Shown one piece after another: positions 1 to 12,346 of a stretch of 64,000 nucleotides of DNA. The translations under genes and the position numbers were made by a program. The notes under the pieces are model-generated. The model was not told where the DNA came from. It made no database searches and worked only from the letters and a program-made list of their open reading frames with translations. This stretch comes from Basidiobolus meristosporus CBS 931.73 (taxonomy: Eukaryota; Fungi; Basidiobolomycota), in NCBI GenBank assembly GCA_002104905.1, contig MCFE01000208.1, forward strand, positions 64,669-128,668. Direction: 5' to 3'. Position 1 is the stretch's first letter, and every line of letters begins with the position of its first letter.

Positions 1-1780
1 CATCTGCCAGTCTTTGCAATAAGTCCTTGCAATATTCCAGTGCGCTTTCTTGAGCACTGCTTTCAAAGAGGAGCTGCAACCTCTTGGTGTGCCTATTGAT
101 GTTCCAAACTCCACTGAAGGCATTGTGATAGTCTTTTGAGCTCTTGATGTTGTAGCCTTGTCTATCAGTGGGATCTCCACTCTTTTAACAATGGAGGATG
201 TGGAGGCTGCGGTTGACAGATTGCCTTTTTCTGCAAACTCATCTACCTTGATAGAGTGTAGCTCAACTGGCTGCACTTCCAACTCTTGTGAAAGCAGCTG
301 TTTTCTTGTTGGTAATTCTTTTTGGCTATGATGAGATTCAGTCTGCTCCTGGCTTGCGGCATTAATTGGCAAGAACTGCATTTTTTTTGCATCCCTCCCT
401 GTTTCAGGCGTGGGTAGACACTTTTCCCTATACCTTTTCCTTTATCACTGCCTGGTCTTTCACTGCTACTTTGTCTAAGTGCTTCTTGTAAAGAACTACA
501 TGTTCTCCTGGATAAATTCTGCTCTGACACATTTGTTTTGGCCTGCTTGTCCCTTGCTGGCACTCTTCTGGTAACCTGACGTTTCTTTTCTGCTTGGTTT
601 GAGCTCCCAATTGTAATTGTGACAGGCTCCTGTGAAAGTGGCTGGTTTTATCACTGCCAGGTCCTTTGCTGCTACTTTGACTGGGTGCTTCTTGAGTGGT
701 AATACACTTTTTCCTTGATAAAAGTTGTGCTGGTGCATCTGTGTTTGCCTGCTTGTCCCTAATTGGCACTCTTCCAGCTACCAGACATCTCTTTGACACT
801 TGTCTGGAGCTTTGGCCCTGCTTGTAACAGGCTTTTGAGGAAAGCTGCTGGTTTTTAGCCATGGCACCCTTGGCCTTCTGCCTTTGATAGTTTCTGCTAT
901 TCTTAAGATACATTCTTGGTATACCAATGCTGGCCCAAAACCCATTTGCTCATTTAAATCCAGGATAATGCTCAGAGAACAAGTCAAGTGCATTCTGCTT
1001 GGTCTTGAGTTCCTGATGGTCCCATGGTATGCCAGCCTTAAGGTGATGGTGTGCTAGACTTCTGACAGCCTCTTGTATATTAGATCACTATTCATTATTG
1101 CACTCAATGGCTTCACAGATCTTCAATGTCTTTTGACTTTTAGGCTTTGGTATAAACACCATGTTGTCTCCCTCCCACACTGTAATAGGTTTTTTGTGGG
1201 CTTTATCTTAGGGCACTGTTGTTATGCTTCAAAGACTATATAGTGTTCCTCTGCTGTTACATTGGGATATGACTCAATTCTTGGCTGTGACATTGGGCTA
1301 CTTCAGTTCCTTCTTTGCAGCAAAGATACAGCTTTCTCTACCTGAGATACTGATTGCTCTGCACTTATTATCCACTCATCCTGTTTCTGGACTATTTCCT
1401 GATTTCTCTGGGCCATTGTATCTATCCTATCAGCCACTGCACCTAATTGCTTCATTAATGCTTTGGTATGAGCTGACAACATACTTGCTAATATGAGTGG
1501 TGATGATGTTATCATGGCCAATTGCTGGTCATCAACTGAGGGTACTGCATTTGCTACATTCTCATCTGCCTGAGCTTAATGGTCAGCTTGTGGCTCCACC
1601 AAGGTTCTCAATTGCCTACTTGACTGAGAGCCTGAGGAGTCTGCATGATTACCGTCAATGGGCATACTGTCTGCAGGGCCTTTTTGTATGTAGCCCCACC
1701 TGTTGCACTGAATGTCAAAGCAAGTTGATGTCCAACTGTTCTTCTGTTGCCATCAGTGGTGAGGTTTGACTGAGAACCAG
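1..1780 (-). pseudogene. Degenerate accessory (TnpA-like by position) gene of a CACTA/CMC element, divergent from the transposase
   Basis: Stop-interrupted minus-strand frames (1303-1521, 428-913, 243-563). Homologous segments recur at 7220-7873 (-), 12347-13180 (-), 35900-36310 (+) and 49535-50830 (+). Head-to-head with the CACTA transposase both here and at 33240-36310. No domain recognised. Confidence 0.55.
441..782. repeat. Two ~136-bp diverged direct repeats (441-576, 647-782) inside the accessory gene
   Basis: Both units start tttatcactgcc, contain ctgctacttt..gtgcttcttg and gcctgcttgtccct..ggcactcttc, and end in acc/tacc. Confidence 0.8.
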
Positions 1781-1784
1781 AAAA

Positions 1785-2027
1785 CTTTGCTTTATTTTTT
1801 GGCCATATATATGGAAGTGGGTCAAACCAAAGGGGAAAAGTGTTACATATATGTGTGTATGTGGTGCTACAACTTTATTTATAATGCGTACTATGGCAGG
1901 TCATCATTGAATCTTATATTCATGTAGGTGCAATATTTAAAATACAAGACTGTCTTAAATTCACATGAGTATTGACCAAGAAGTGATATAATAGTGTTAC
2001 ATTGTTGAAGGTCAAACTGTTTGCACC
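1785..2027. promoter_or_regulatory. Putative bidirectional promoter/intergenic spacer of the CACTA element
   Basis: AT-rich spacer between divergent genes. Conserved in reverse complement at ~35575-35770 and 52085-52290. Confidence 0.4.
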
Positions 2028-5000
2028 ATGGACAAGACTATTTTGACTTAATACCACAAGAGAAGAGAAAAAAGACCATGTTGCTATTGTGGCAAGCCTC
2101 TCATCCATGAAGCATGCAGACAACATAGGAAGTAATACAAGGATCATGGCCAGTGTTTTGACACCCAAGTCATATTTGACCACTCATTGGTCACTACTGT
2201 ACCAACATTATCTTGCTGGCTAGATTATACTTCTATATTGGCACCTGGCCATCTTTGTCACCTTGCACAAGCTAAGTCAGGTGAGTTTGTGATGCCTTTA
2301 GGCTCACCTCAGCCTTCTGAATATGGCAAACAGAGTAATAGCTCTGACAAAGAAGGTTCACTGATGGATTTTGAGCCTATCTCCCCTAACAACAGTACCA
2401 CATATGAGCCTGGTCAACTCACTCTATGCAATGAGACAACACCCGTTGAAACAAATGCCAAGGATACTTTATGGAGCCCAGTGAGCCCAGTAATCCATCT
2501 ACTGGTGAATGATGTAATATTGTGGCTAGAGAAGTGGCATGTTTCTACTAATATCAGTAACGAGGCCTTGAGGATTTATTACTACTTCTTGCCAAAATCA
2601 TACCTAGATGCAACTTACCATGTACATGGTACAAGTGGACAACCATCATGTGGTTGGCAACATATGATCCAGAGACTGTCCAGATTCCAGCATGTGTTAA
2701 CAGTTGCATGGCATGTACATCTGAAAATGCTACCATTGCAATGTGTTCAAATTGTCAGGAATCCACCACCATTGAGGGAAAACATTGTTCACACTCCGGC
2801 TATATTTGGGTGTGGTGGTGTAGAGGTACTCCTGGGAGAAGCTACACAACTCAAGATGTGTGAGGTGTCTGATGGGTGCAATAACCTCAGGGTCTAAACT
2901 GATGGTATCTTTGTTAATATGTTACTAAGGTAAAAGCTCCTGCTTCTCTAGCTTCCTAGGTGCCCAAAGTGTCTCCAAAGGCCTCTGTGTGTCTTGTGCA
3001 CTACCCTGAAAAGCTCTTTAATTGCAGGTCTGAGATGTAACTGTTGAAGGCAAGTGAAGTGATGAACTGCTGATCAATAAGGGAGAAGTGTTACTGATAG
3101 AAGGGATGCTTTATTGATGAGGGATTGACTTCCCTTAAATACTTGTCCTGATTGCCAAGTGATCACCAATGACATGTTTCTAGAAAATTCCAGACATCAG
3201 TGAAATTCTTGATGACATCACTATGAGCAAAAAACACTCCAAGAAGGTCCTGAAAGGTTCTAAAAGGCACAGCACATCCAGCCAATCAGTGATCAGTAGT
3301 CTGAGACCTGTGCAACATAGAGATACCATATATGCTATTGAAATGGTAGGGATGGTAACACAGAGTTAGGTCATATGTCATGGGTACTAACATGGGTACT
3401 TGCCTAATGTTTATACTTATACTGATCATAAAGCTGAATAACATCTGGGATAACTAAAGCTAATAACTAATCATGGTAAACATCATATGGGGATAATACT
3501 AGTAATATGGGCACAATAAGAATGGGATAATACTGATAAGATAAAATATAGATAAGTGCATCATAATAGCTATATGAATAAACTTGTCTGTGGGAGGTAT
3601 GTTTACCTTACCACACCAGTCATACCCCATCTGAGGAAGCTAATGCAGTCCAACAAATATTGCAAAGCTATACAGTACCACACTTAGTATCAGCCAAGCG
3701 CAAACATTTATGATATGTTTAATGGCAAACATTACAAACAGCTAAGCAGCAAGGGCTATATTGTAGGTATGTACAACCTTGCCTTTGCCTTAGCACTTGA
3801 GGGATTCTCATTAAACAAGTACTCTACCAGCAAATTGTGCTGGCACTGATTCTCATCAATCTGAATCTGCTGCCCATCTTATGGTATCAGAGAAATAATT
3901 GGATGGTAACGGTAAATTGCCATCATGTGAAAGTGCATATTATTATCTGCATTGGAGATACCCCAGCCATCAGCAAGATAGCAGGGTTTTCCAGGCACAA
4001 TGGATGGTATTGCTATTGAACATGTAAGATCCAGAGGATTTACTCTATAACTCATGCATATTATTATTACCCAGAACCAGCACTGAGAACATCATCTTTC
4101 CATAGAGAGAATGTACAGAAGTCAGCATGCAATTGCAGCAAAGTTGGCAAGCTATAAGCCATTGGTTGGAATATGGTATCAATTGGAAACAAGAAATACT
4201 TAACATCAAGGGTATCTGTTGGAGCAAAAGCTTTTTACTGGGAGCAATGCATTTGCTTATCAACAATATCACTATGCTGATGACCAAGTTGCACATGGGG
4301 CATTTCAATCTGAATGACCCCTTTGAGATACCAGACAACTCTCAAAGAATTGGCAAGATATTACAGAGTATCTGCTACCCAAATTACTTCTCACAGGCTC
4401 CAAATAATATTCATATGCATATGCAATAATACATATGCAAAGACTGGATGAGCTGGATATGTATTTATTGAGGCAGTGTTCTGAAGCCATTTCTGCCAAG
4501 AGTACATTGGAAGCATTGGGAGTCATATGTGGACATTGTAGGAATATTTATCCAGAAGTGGATCACCAATGCCAACTTGACATATCTACAGCTGTTGCGT
4601 GAGGAGTTTGTGAAGGGATTTGAGCAGCTATAATACAAACATGATGCTGAACATGTAGATCTCTGCTGCTACTGTATTCATTCTCTACTCCATCTTACAC
4701 AGTGTGTGGAGAATATTGAGCCTTGCTTCACCTTTTGGGAGTTTCCTATAGAGCAGATGTGTGGGGAGATAGGAAGGCAAGTCAAATTGCAGGTACTACC
4801 ATGTCCCAATCTCATCAAGAATGATACCTTCAGTCTATCATGGATGTAATGAGTTGGCACATGGAGGACAGCCAGAAAGAGTTGGAAAATACTGAGGACA
4901 AATGTGCACATGGTGACACCTATACATATGGCATTAAGAAGCTAAGCAGCCCCAATGCATGGGTAATCAGTTAAGTAATGCAAAGTTGGGTTAGGTGCAA

Positions 5001-5430
5001 CAAGTAACTAATTTTTATCAGGAAAGCTCTACCAAGGTATGCTGGATTTCTCTTGGTCAAAGTCAACCTCTACACCATTGAATACAGAATTCACACAAAC
5101 AAAAGTCAGAGCACACCTATAAGGGGGACTAGAATCCAGCAGGGAGAAGGAATATATTGGCTAAATACCCAGAAATTCTTTGCAGATATTCAGAAGGTAT
5201 TCATGGCAGAAGTGGAAACAACTAAGCATATGTTGACAAGATGTATAGGTTACCAGCATTACAAGGTATATGGCAACTTTACAAGTATCAGACTAAAATG
5301 CCATAAAGTTGAGGTTATAGAAGTATGTCAATTATTGCAGGTGTGCACATTTGTAGAGGTTAGTAAGCAAGAGGCCATAGTTTTTTTTGATTCAAACTAT
5401 ATGTGGAATACCCAAGGTAGTAGTGGGTGA
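2028..5430 (+). mobile_element. CACTA/EnSpm (CMC, Transposase_21/DUF4218-type) transposase pseudogene, interrupted by a solo LTR
   Basis: ATG at 2028 in frame with CCYCGK..C..H. Motifs PACVNSCMAC..CSNC, GFSLNK..LILINLNL, GDTPAISKIAGFSRHNG and HSLLHLTQCVENIEPCFTFWEFPIEQMCGEIG are typical of CACTA transposases. Many premature stops. Confidence 0.85.
2811..3615 (-). mobile_element. Solo LTR, family D-prime (805 bp), inserted in the CACTA transposase
   Basis: TGTGGT...ACCACA termini. The transposase resumes on either side (compare the uninterrupted copy at ~34840-34870). Shares its start and its 3150-3410 segment with 31374-32443. TSD not clean. Confidence 0.75.
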
Positions 5431-5934
5431 GCAAATAGAGAGGGGTGATTCTACAGTGGAATATATGATTTGCACAAGGGGAGGTAGAAAAAGATAATAC
5501 CATTTGGTAAATTGGTGTGGTAGCATTATACTAAACCAGCCGTAGACTGTCATATCGCCAATATAATGCCATCAGAGTCTTGCAGTAAGGCCATCTACAT
5601 ACCGTCAAGTTTCTTGCCATATCAGGCAATTGGATGATCTGGCTGATTGGATCCACTTAAAATACTTATAGAGCACTAAAAGACCGCAACAATACCATGT
5701 AAATATTGTCACAGCACCAATAAAATATTGTCAAGATTTATCACTTTATTTGGTTGTAAGATTAGCAAAACACTGTCATGATCCCATCATAAGACTTTTA
5801 GGAGGGTCACTAATTCCAAGCTGCTGGTATTGTGATAGTCTCTAAACAGGATCCTGACGGCTGATTTGGATTGGATCCACCTGCAGGACCAAATTATATT
5901 TCATAGGGAAAGGTGAAGAAAGGTCTAGTATTCT

Positions 5935-6225
5935 CAACACATCAAGCAAGGTGGATTAGCAAATGGATGCAGTAGTGGCAGAAATCTACAGTTCAGCTTT
6001 TTCTTAGTAATATAGCCACTCAAATTCCATCACCAACTCTGTGCACAAAAGCTGAGATGTGTTAAGTTGGTGTTGGTGATCCACTTCTGGATAAATATTT
6101 CAACAATGTTCACATATGACTCCCTATAAACCAATATACTCTTGGTAGAAATTGCTTCAGAAGGTCACTAGAATAAATACATATCCAGCTCATCCAGTCC
6201 TTGCACTTGCATTGTTGCATATGCC
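5935..6225 (-). mobile_element. CACTA transposase fragment
   Basis: Reverse complement of the 4430-4700 region (e.g. ttggtgatccacttctggataaat vs atttatccagaagtggatcaccaa). Confidence 0.75.
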
Positions 6226-6500
6226 TGTGGTGGTGTATAAGTCCAAGGGAGAGATATGTCAAACTCTTTTCAAGTGTTTTGTGTGTGGGGTGCTCACTGG
6301 GTGCAATAACCTCTGGCAAAAGCTTGCTAGGAATATTTGAGTTCTGTCTCTACTCTAATACAAAGGGGAATAAAGCCACAAGCTTATCAAGGAAAACTAT
6401 CAAGCTACCATCCCCAACTTAGTTGGCATCTTAATAAAAGTATGTGCTGGGCTCAGTGTCCTTTGAGATGACAATTTATTGAGCTTCCAAAGTCAAAACA
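6226..6500 (-). mobile_element. Truncated LTR of family D
   Basis: Begins tgtggtggtgtataagtccaaggga and matches 7874-8150 and 31374-31650. Ends at aagtcaaaaca, fused to a PHIS fragment. Confidence 0.85.
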
Positions 6501-7215
6501 TCTTGAATTGCATTGACATGGGTGGAATCCCATCAATTGCAGATTTCTTATTTCACTATAGACTTCTGAGCAAAGCATCAATAAAAATACTAAGTCATGG
6601 TTTGAAGATGATTTTGCAACACAATGATGGGACACATGGCAATTTCTGGAGATTTAATCATAATGCATAGAAAACCAGAAATATAAAGCCAATTGCTTCA
6701 AATCAAATCAATTCACCTCAGTCCAATCACCTACTAATTTTAATATGACTTACTCATCTGAATGGTCTCTGCTATTAAAGCAACTATTACCCCACAAGGT
6801 TTCATCCCACCATCCATGGCAGCAAAAGTCCTAGAAGCTTTCATTCCTAGCTGACAGCTATGGAGAACCACCTTGCAGAGAGTATGAATGACTTAGAGCA
6901 AGCTTGGAGTACTAGGTTCAGAAGCTCCAATAAGCTTCCATATCCCAGAGTGTTCAGCAACAGGATTCATATCAGGAGTATTTTGGATACCTTCCCAGTC
7001 AGGATTAACAGGCCTTTTAGAGGGCAGGGGCACTTTTATTCTGGCAAGTACAAAGCACACTGTGTGAAGATTCAAGTACTGTTGGACATTGAGGGTAACA
7101 TCATCTGGTTTAGTGGGCCATTTGCTGGAAGTAAGCATAACAATGCACTCTGGGTAAAGAACCATGCAGAATTCAGTAGTGGGGAGAAATGTATGGAAGA
7201 CTTAGCTTATATCCC
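6500..7215 (+). mobile_element. PHIS (PIF/Harbinger-ISL2EU, DDE_Tnp_4-type) transposase fragment
   Basis: ORF 6860-7231: SILDTFPVRINRP..FYSGKYKAHCVKIQV..GPFAGSKHN..GEKCMEDLAY. Homologous to 10350-11180. C-terminus with the catalytic E is missing. Confidence 0.85.
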
Positions 7216-7219
7216 TATG

Positions 7220-7873
7220 AAAAATTATTGAGATGATCCTATCAAAAGGTTGCCACAAAGTGAGGATCTTGTGACTAAGAGGTACTGCTCCATCAGGACA
7301 TCATCCAGAGACTGTTGAACAATAATTGCACCCCAGATTTCACAAAAAACTTGGTCAAAATTTTTAATCACTACAATGTACAAGGGACTTTTGATTGGTT
7401 CCCTGTGACTCTGATCACTTTCTGATCTTGGACACTCTATTGCCACCTATGTTTGTGTGCATTGATTGGCTATTGCCTCTTTTACACACTCCTTACTTCC
7501 CAATTCAACCATTTCTCTTACATTTCATGCATACAGATTAATTTATTTCTATTGAAACTTCAGTTGTGCTGCAATTGCCAATTGTATTGACCTAGACAAG
7601 TCCATATACCCTACACTAATGTTAAACCCAACCCCATACTCAACAAGTGACTCCATTAAAATTCACCACTCAATAAGTATTTCTGCTGTAATGCTTAGGT
7701 TTGACAACTTTGGCGGTAACCCAAAGGCTTTATGCCACTGTTCATTCACTGGTTCCCACATATCCTGGTCTTCAACCAGCACTGCAAGGTCTAGCACCTC
7801 ATCTGCCAGTCTTTGCAATAAATCCTTGCAATATTCTAGTGCGTTTTCTTGAGCACTGCTCTTGAAGAAGCGC
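7220..7873 (-). pseudogene. 3-prime part of the CACTA accessory gene and downstream region
   Basis: ALEYCKDLLQRLADEVLDLAVL..WHKAFGLPPK matches 1-100 and 50230-50830 (reverse complement). Confidence 0.7.
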
Positions 7874-9144
7874 TGTGGTGGTGTATAAGTCCAAGGGAGA
7901 GATACGTCCAACACTTCTCAAGTGTTTTGTGTGTAGGGTGTTCACTGGGTGCAATAACCTCTGGCAAAAGCTTGCTAGGAATACTTGGGTTCTGTCTCTA
8001 ATCTGTTGTGAAGGGGAATAAAGCCACAAGCTTGTACAGGGAAAACTATTGGGCTACAATCCCCAACTTAGTTGGCATCTTAACAAAAGTATGTGCTGGG
8101 TTCAGCGTCCTTTGCAATGACAATGTACTAAAGCTTCCAAAGTCAAAACAACTGTAAACTCCCCCAGCAGGGACTTGATAAGAATGCAGCTGTGGTCAAT
8201 AGTTACAAAGACAGAAAAGTATCTTTGCCTGTACAAGAACAAACTTGGGAAAGAAATGCATATATTAGACTTGTTCCATCATACTGTGCCAGGGTGCGCA
8301 GCATAATCTGTAGTCTCTAAGAACAAATGGGCCCAATATTATAGCTACCAGCAGGCCGGATTGCTCTTGGACAATTTTGCACCATGTGGGACAATCTTGC
8401 AAACTATGGCATAATCTGACACAATGAGGTTGGCACAGATGATTGCACCAACTCATAGTGCTTACATCAAATGCACAGTCAAATACCACTATTATGGTAG
8501 GAGAAATCTGGTATTTAGATATGTTTCTTTAATGTAAATGGAAATAAATGTATTTCATACAATAAACTACACTGATATTTACCAATTTGGTTACCATCAC
8601 TGTAATGGATAGTATCTCAACAGTGAATTGGTCCAAGAGTATCCTGAGCTGTCAGCCCCTAATTGGCTCTCTGAACAATACACAAGCTACCTGATTTGCC
8701 ATCAAATATTGCATTTTGCCCATTGAGCAAGCAAATCCCTGATTCTAGTGATTGGACAAGGTGTCATAGCTAGCACGCAACCAATTGAATAGGTGCAAGA
8801 CAAATCAAATGGCTGCACTGATGTAACAGATGATGTATATACATGTAGGGTGTTTATTTATAGGGGTTCTGTCTCAAATGTGAGACAACCTTGATATTGC
8901 TTATATCAAAAATTTATTGATCACTGATGTGCAATGGCTTGATTTGGATTGTAAAAAAAATGTGTAGTTTGGATCATGATAATAGTAGTGATTCAATGCA
9001 ATTGCATCATCTTCTCCTAGGTTTTTTTCTCACAGGGATTACTACTGAAGCATTGATAGTGGTTCACTCTGCACACCTCAACTACTTTAATGTTGACTAT
9101 CCTCTGGGCTACTTGCATATTTGTAGTCAATATTTTGCCTCCTA

Positions 9145-10274
9145 GATGATGCGTGCAATGCTGCAGCTTGGCTGCGCTAATTGATCCGGATTATGCTGCC
9201 AAACCAGCCTGCAGTGCTGCATGCTGATGCATTCTTTTACTTGCCAAAGGCTCTGGTGGTGGAGGCACTCCATGTGGGTTATCATCAGCTGTTCCACCAG
9301 AAGGAACTTGCTAATGGTCAGCTGTAATGACACGTGCAGGCACAGCTTGATATGCTGGCATGGCTCTTGGCTGAGTTTGATGTGATACTGCTTGTTGACG
9401 CAACTTGACCTGCTCTAATGGACTTGTGTCTCAGAAAACTGCTTGACAAGTAATGGTGGATTTGCTCTGAAGTGCATGTGTTGACCCAACATGTGTTGAC
9501 TCAATGCGTAATGCTTGTGAAGGGTGTTGGCGTAGTTTGGACTGATGTGTGCTGGCATGCTGAAGTTGCAAGGGATGGTAGGGAGTCCATCAAGGCATGC
9601 TGGCACAATCAAGATGCTATTGCTTGCAGTCTGTATTCTTCCTCTGGAAGCTCACCTGATGATTCTTCAAGGCTTTCACTTACCCTCTGTCTAATACTTT
9701 GGAACTATTGCCTGGATGAGTCCTGTGTATGTTGCTCTTGGAAGCCACTTAGCTCTATTAATATATCTGGTAATACATTAGTCATTTAAGGCCAAAACCC
9801 ATTCAAAATTGTTTTGGTTCTTAAAGCTGAGGCACAAATGGATAGATCTGGCCTGTACTGTGCATATTATGGGCAAAATTGCTCCTGCACAGCTTCCTCA
9901 TCAAATTCTTTCACTCTCAGCGCATTCTTGATTTCAGTACTTGTCTTGTTATATATCTTATTACTTAAATGTGCTGCCATCTTGATGTAGAACTCACACC
10001 ACAGCTTTCTACTCAGGTTAACATATGCCTGTCAGCTCTCTAAGTTGTCTACTTCTGCCAGATTAATGAGTAGTGACCAAATATCTGCATGAAGGCTCAT
10101 CATGGACACTTGGGCTGTACTAAAATTCTTGGCAAGAGCTTGAATGGATCCAACTTTGACTTCTCTGGTCTGAACCCCACTTGCAAGCTGAGGGTATGGG
10201 TTTTGTCTGGGTTGTACTAAAGATGAGTTGAGACTTGGCATAGGGACCATAGTGACAGATTTAAATACTTGCAC
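9145..10274 (-). pseudogene. Second ORF of the PHIS element, unknown protein (ORF B)
   Basis: One long frame broken mainly by TGA/TAA/TAG (..LSRKLWCEFYIKMAAHLSNKIYNKTSTEIKNALRVKEFDEEA..EEEYRLQAIAS*LCQH..). Homologous copies at 30760-32560 and 50850-51700. Confidence 0.6.
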
Positions 10275-10349
10275 AGTAGTGTTTTGGCATCAACCTGGTT
10301 TTATATGAAATATATATGAAAACTAATGTGATTGCTGATTTTTCCATAT

Positions 10350-11483
10350 ATTATGCATGCTGCATCTTGGATTGCACTGACACAGATTGGATCCCATTGA
10401 TTGTAAATTTCCTATTTGGCTATAGACCTGTGAGTAAATCACCAATAAAGTCACCAAGTTATTATTGGAGGATGTTTTTTGCTGCATAATGATGGGATTG
10501 ATGAAAATTTGATCATAATGCATGGAAGATAAGATAAGTTAGGCTGATTGTGCTGATGGATTTATATCACCTCCACCAAGATTTGCTACAATGGTGATAT
10601 GACGTACTCATCTAAATGGTCTTTTCTCATCAACCTCATCACTACCACTGGATCTCCTTTTCACTCATTAGAGGAGGTCTATTCCCAGTAATGTGGACTA
10701 TCTACTGCAATTTACTCCAGGAGATCCCTTGTTAAGCTTCTCTGCTATTACAAGAACTATTGCCCTACAAGGTTTCATCCCACCACTCATGACAACAGAA
10801 GTCCTAGAAGCTTTCATTGACAGCTTACAGCTATGGAGAGCTACCTTGCAGAGGGTATGAGTGACCTAGAGTAAACTTGGAACACTAGGCTTGGAAGGTC
10901 TAATAGACTACCATATCCTAGAGTGTTCAGCAACAGGTTCCATGTAAGAAGTATATTGGATACCTTCCTAGTCAGCATTAACAGACCTTCTAGAGGGCAG
11001 AGGCACTTTTATTCTGGTAAGTACAAGGCACACTCTGTGAAGTTTCAAGCACTGTCTGACAATGAGAGTAACATCATCTGGTTTAGTGGACCATTTGCTG
11101 GAAGTAGGCATGACAAAGCACTCTAAGAATAGAATCATCCAGAATTCAGTAGAGGGGAGAAATTTATGGTAGACTGAGCTTAAATATGCAATGATTGAAT
11201 GCAATTAGGATGTATTGCAGCATAGAGGAAGCCAAGGAATGGTGTGCTTAGCAGGAAGCAGAAGCTCTAAAATGAGATATTTAATCATTTCAGAGTTACG
11301 GTAGAGCAAACATTTGTTTATCTGAAGAGAATCAACATATTGGCTGATAAATTCAGAGGAAAGTCATATATAGGAGAAAACAGCAGAATAGGTAAAATAG
11401 TTAAGATAATTATCAATGCACAGTATATTCATACAAGAAGACATCCACTGAGAGAAATATGTTGGAAGCATTATGAAGAGTAA
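10350..11483 (+). pseudogene. DDE_Tnp_4-type transposase of the PHIS element (start approximate)
   Basis: SILDTF (D), YSGKYKAHSVKFQ, GPFAGSRHD (D), NEIFNHFRVTVEQTFVYLKRINILADKFRG (E). Premature stops present. Confidence 0.85.
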
Positions 11484-12346
11484 ATGTATCAAGGAAAGCA
11501 CTAGTCTGAGCAACATAAGTAAGATTAACTAAAGTTACCAGTAACTATATCCTACTACTGGTATTATGGAACAGAATATAGTGCCAGATAGCGCCGCAAA
11601 GTGCCAGGTCAATCTGGCACTATAAACTGGCTGGCACCATGTGACACTATCCAACAGAACAAGTCCAATAAAAGATACCTACTCTGAGTATTCCTCACAA
11701 GTGGTGCCTCTAAGTTCAGTTGGCAGTTGGCGTGGTTTCCTGGGAGTGTCCTGTGGTCTGGGATTGGAAGTTCAGGTAGCAGCAGGTAGCAGTGATCACA
11801 CTATTCAATAGCTGGTATATTGATATAAGGGATGATGATTTATTGTTGAGTAATTGCCCCCCCTTACATACTTTTCTCACTTGCAAAGTAATCACTAACC
11901 ATGGTGTTCCAGAAGGTCCTGGTGATCAAATAGAATCTTAATGACATTAGAATGAGCTAAGAATGTTCCAAGTAAGTGCTGGAAGGTTCTAAGAGGCACA
12001 GCATACCTAACCAATCAGGGATCAGAGTAATGAGCCTTTGTAACATAGGGATATCATATATGGTATGAACATGATAGTGATGTTGATGCAGTTGGGTCAT
12101 ATGTTATGGGTACTGGCACAGGTACCTGCCTAAAATAACAGCACTTACATCAAGTAATCTTACATAAAGTGAGGGTTCACTTATGCAATAAGCTAAATGG
12201 GTGTGATAGTCAGCTGGCTTATGAGATAGTACTAATCCAGTAAGACAAATGGGATAAAACTAATATAAGGCTAGTAGAAAAGTAGGGAAGTAGGAAATAT
12301 GCAGATGAGCACATCTATCAGTGGGTGTCACTGTAGTCCCACTACA

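Larger units (their letters stand above)
8267..11666 (+). mobile_element. Complete ~3.4-kb PHIS-superfamily DNA transposon
   Basis: 25-bp imperfect TIRs (8267-8291 and 11642-11666; 16/25 identical, 7 of 9 mismatches are transitions). 3-bp target ATT/AAT. DDE transposase on + and divergent unknown ORF on -. Subterminal gtgccag/ctggcac repeats. Confidence 0.85.
7874..12346 (-). mobile_element. LTR of family D split in two (7874-8266 and 11667-12346) by a PHIS insertion
   Basis: The two halves joined reproduce the intact 31374-32443 LTR (junction tat-aat-aaaagat). TGTGGTGG start and CCACTACA end. Confidence 0.88.

Noticed and set aside
9145-10274. Myb/SANT annotation for PHIS ORF B
   Set aside because: Expected by position only; I could not see the spaced-tryptophan Myb pattern.
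11575-11650. CRISPR-like array from repeated gtgccag/ctggcac motifs
   Set aside because: Short motifs in both orientations without regular spacers; these are subterminal repeats of the DNA transposon.
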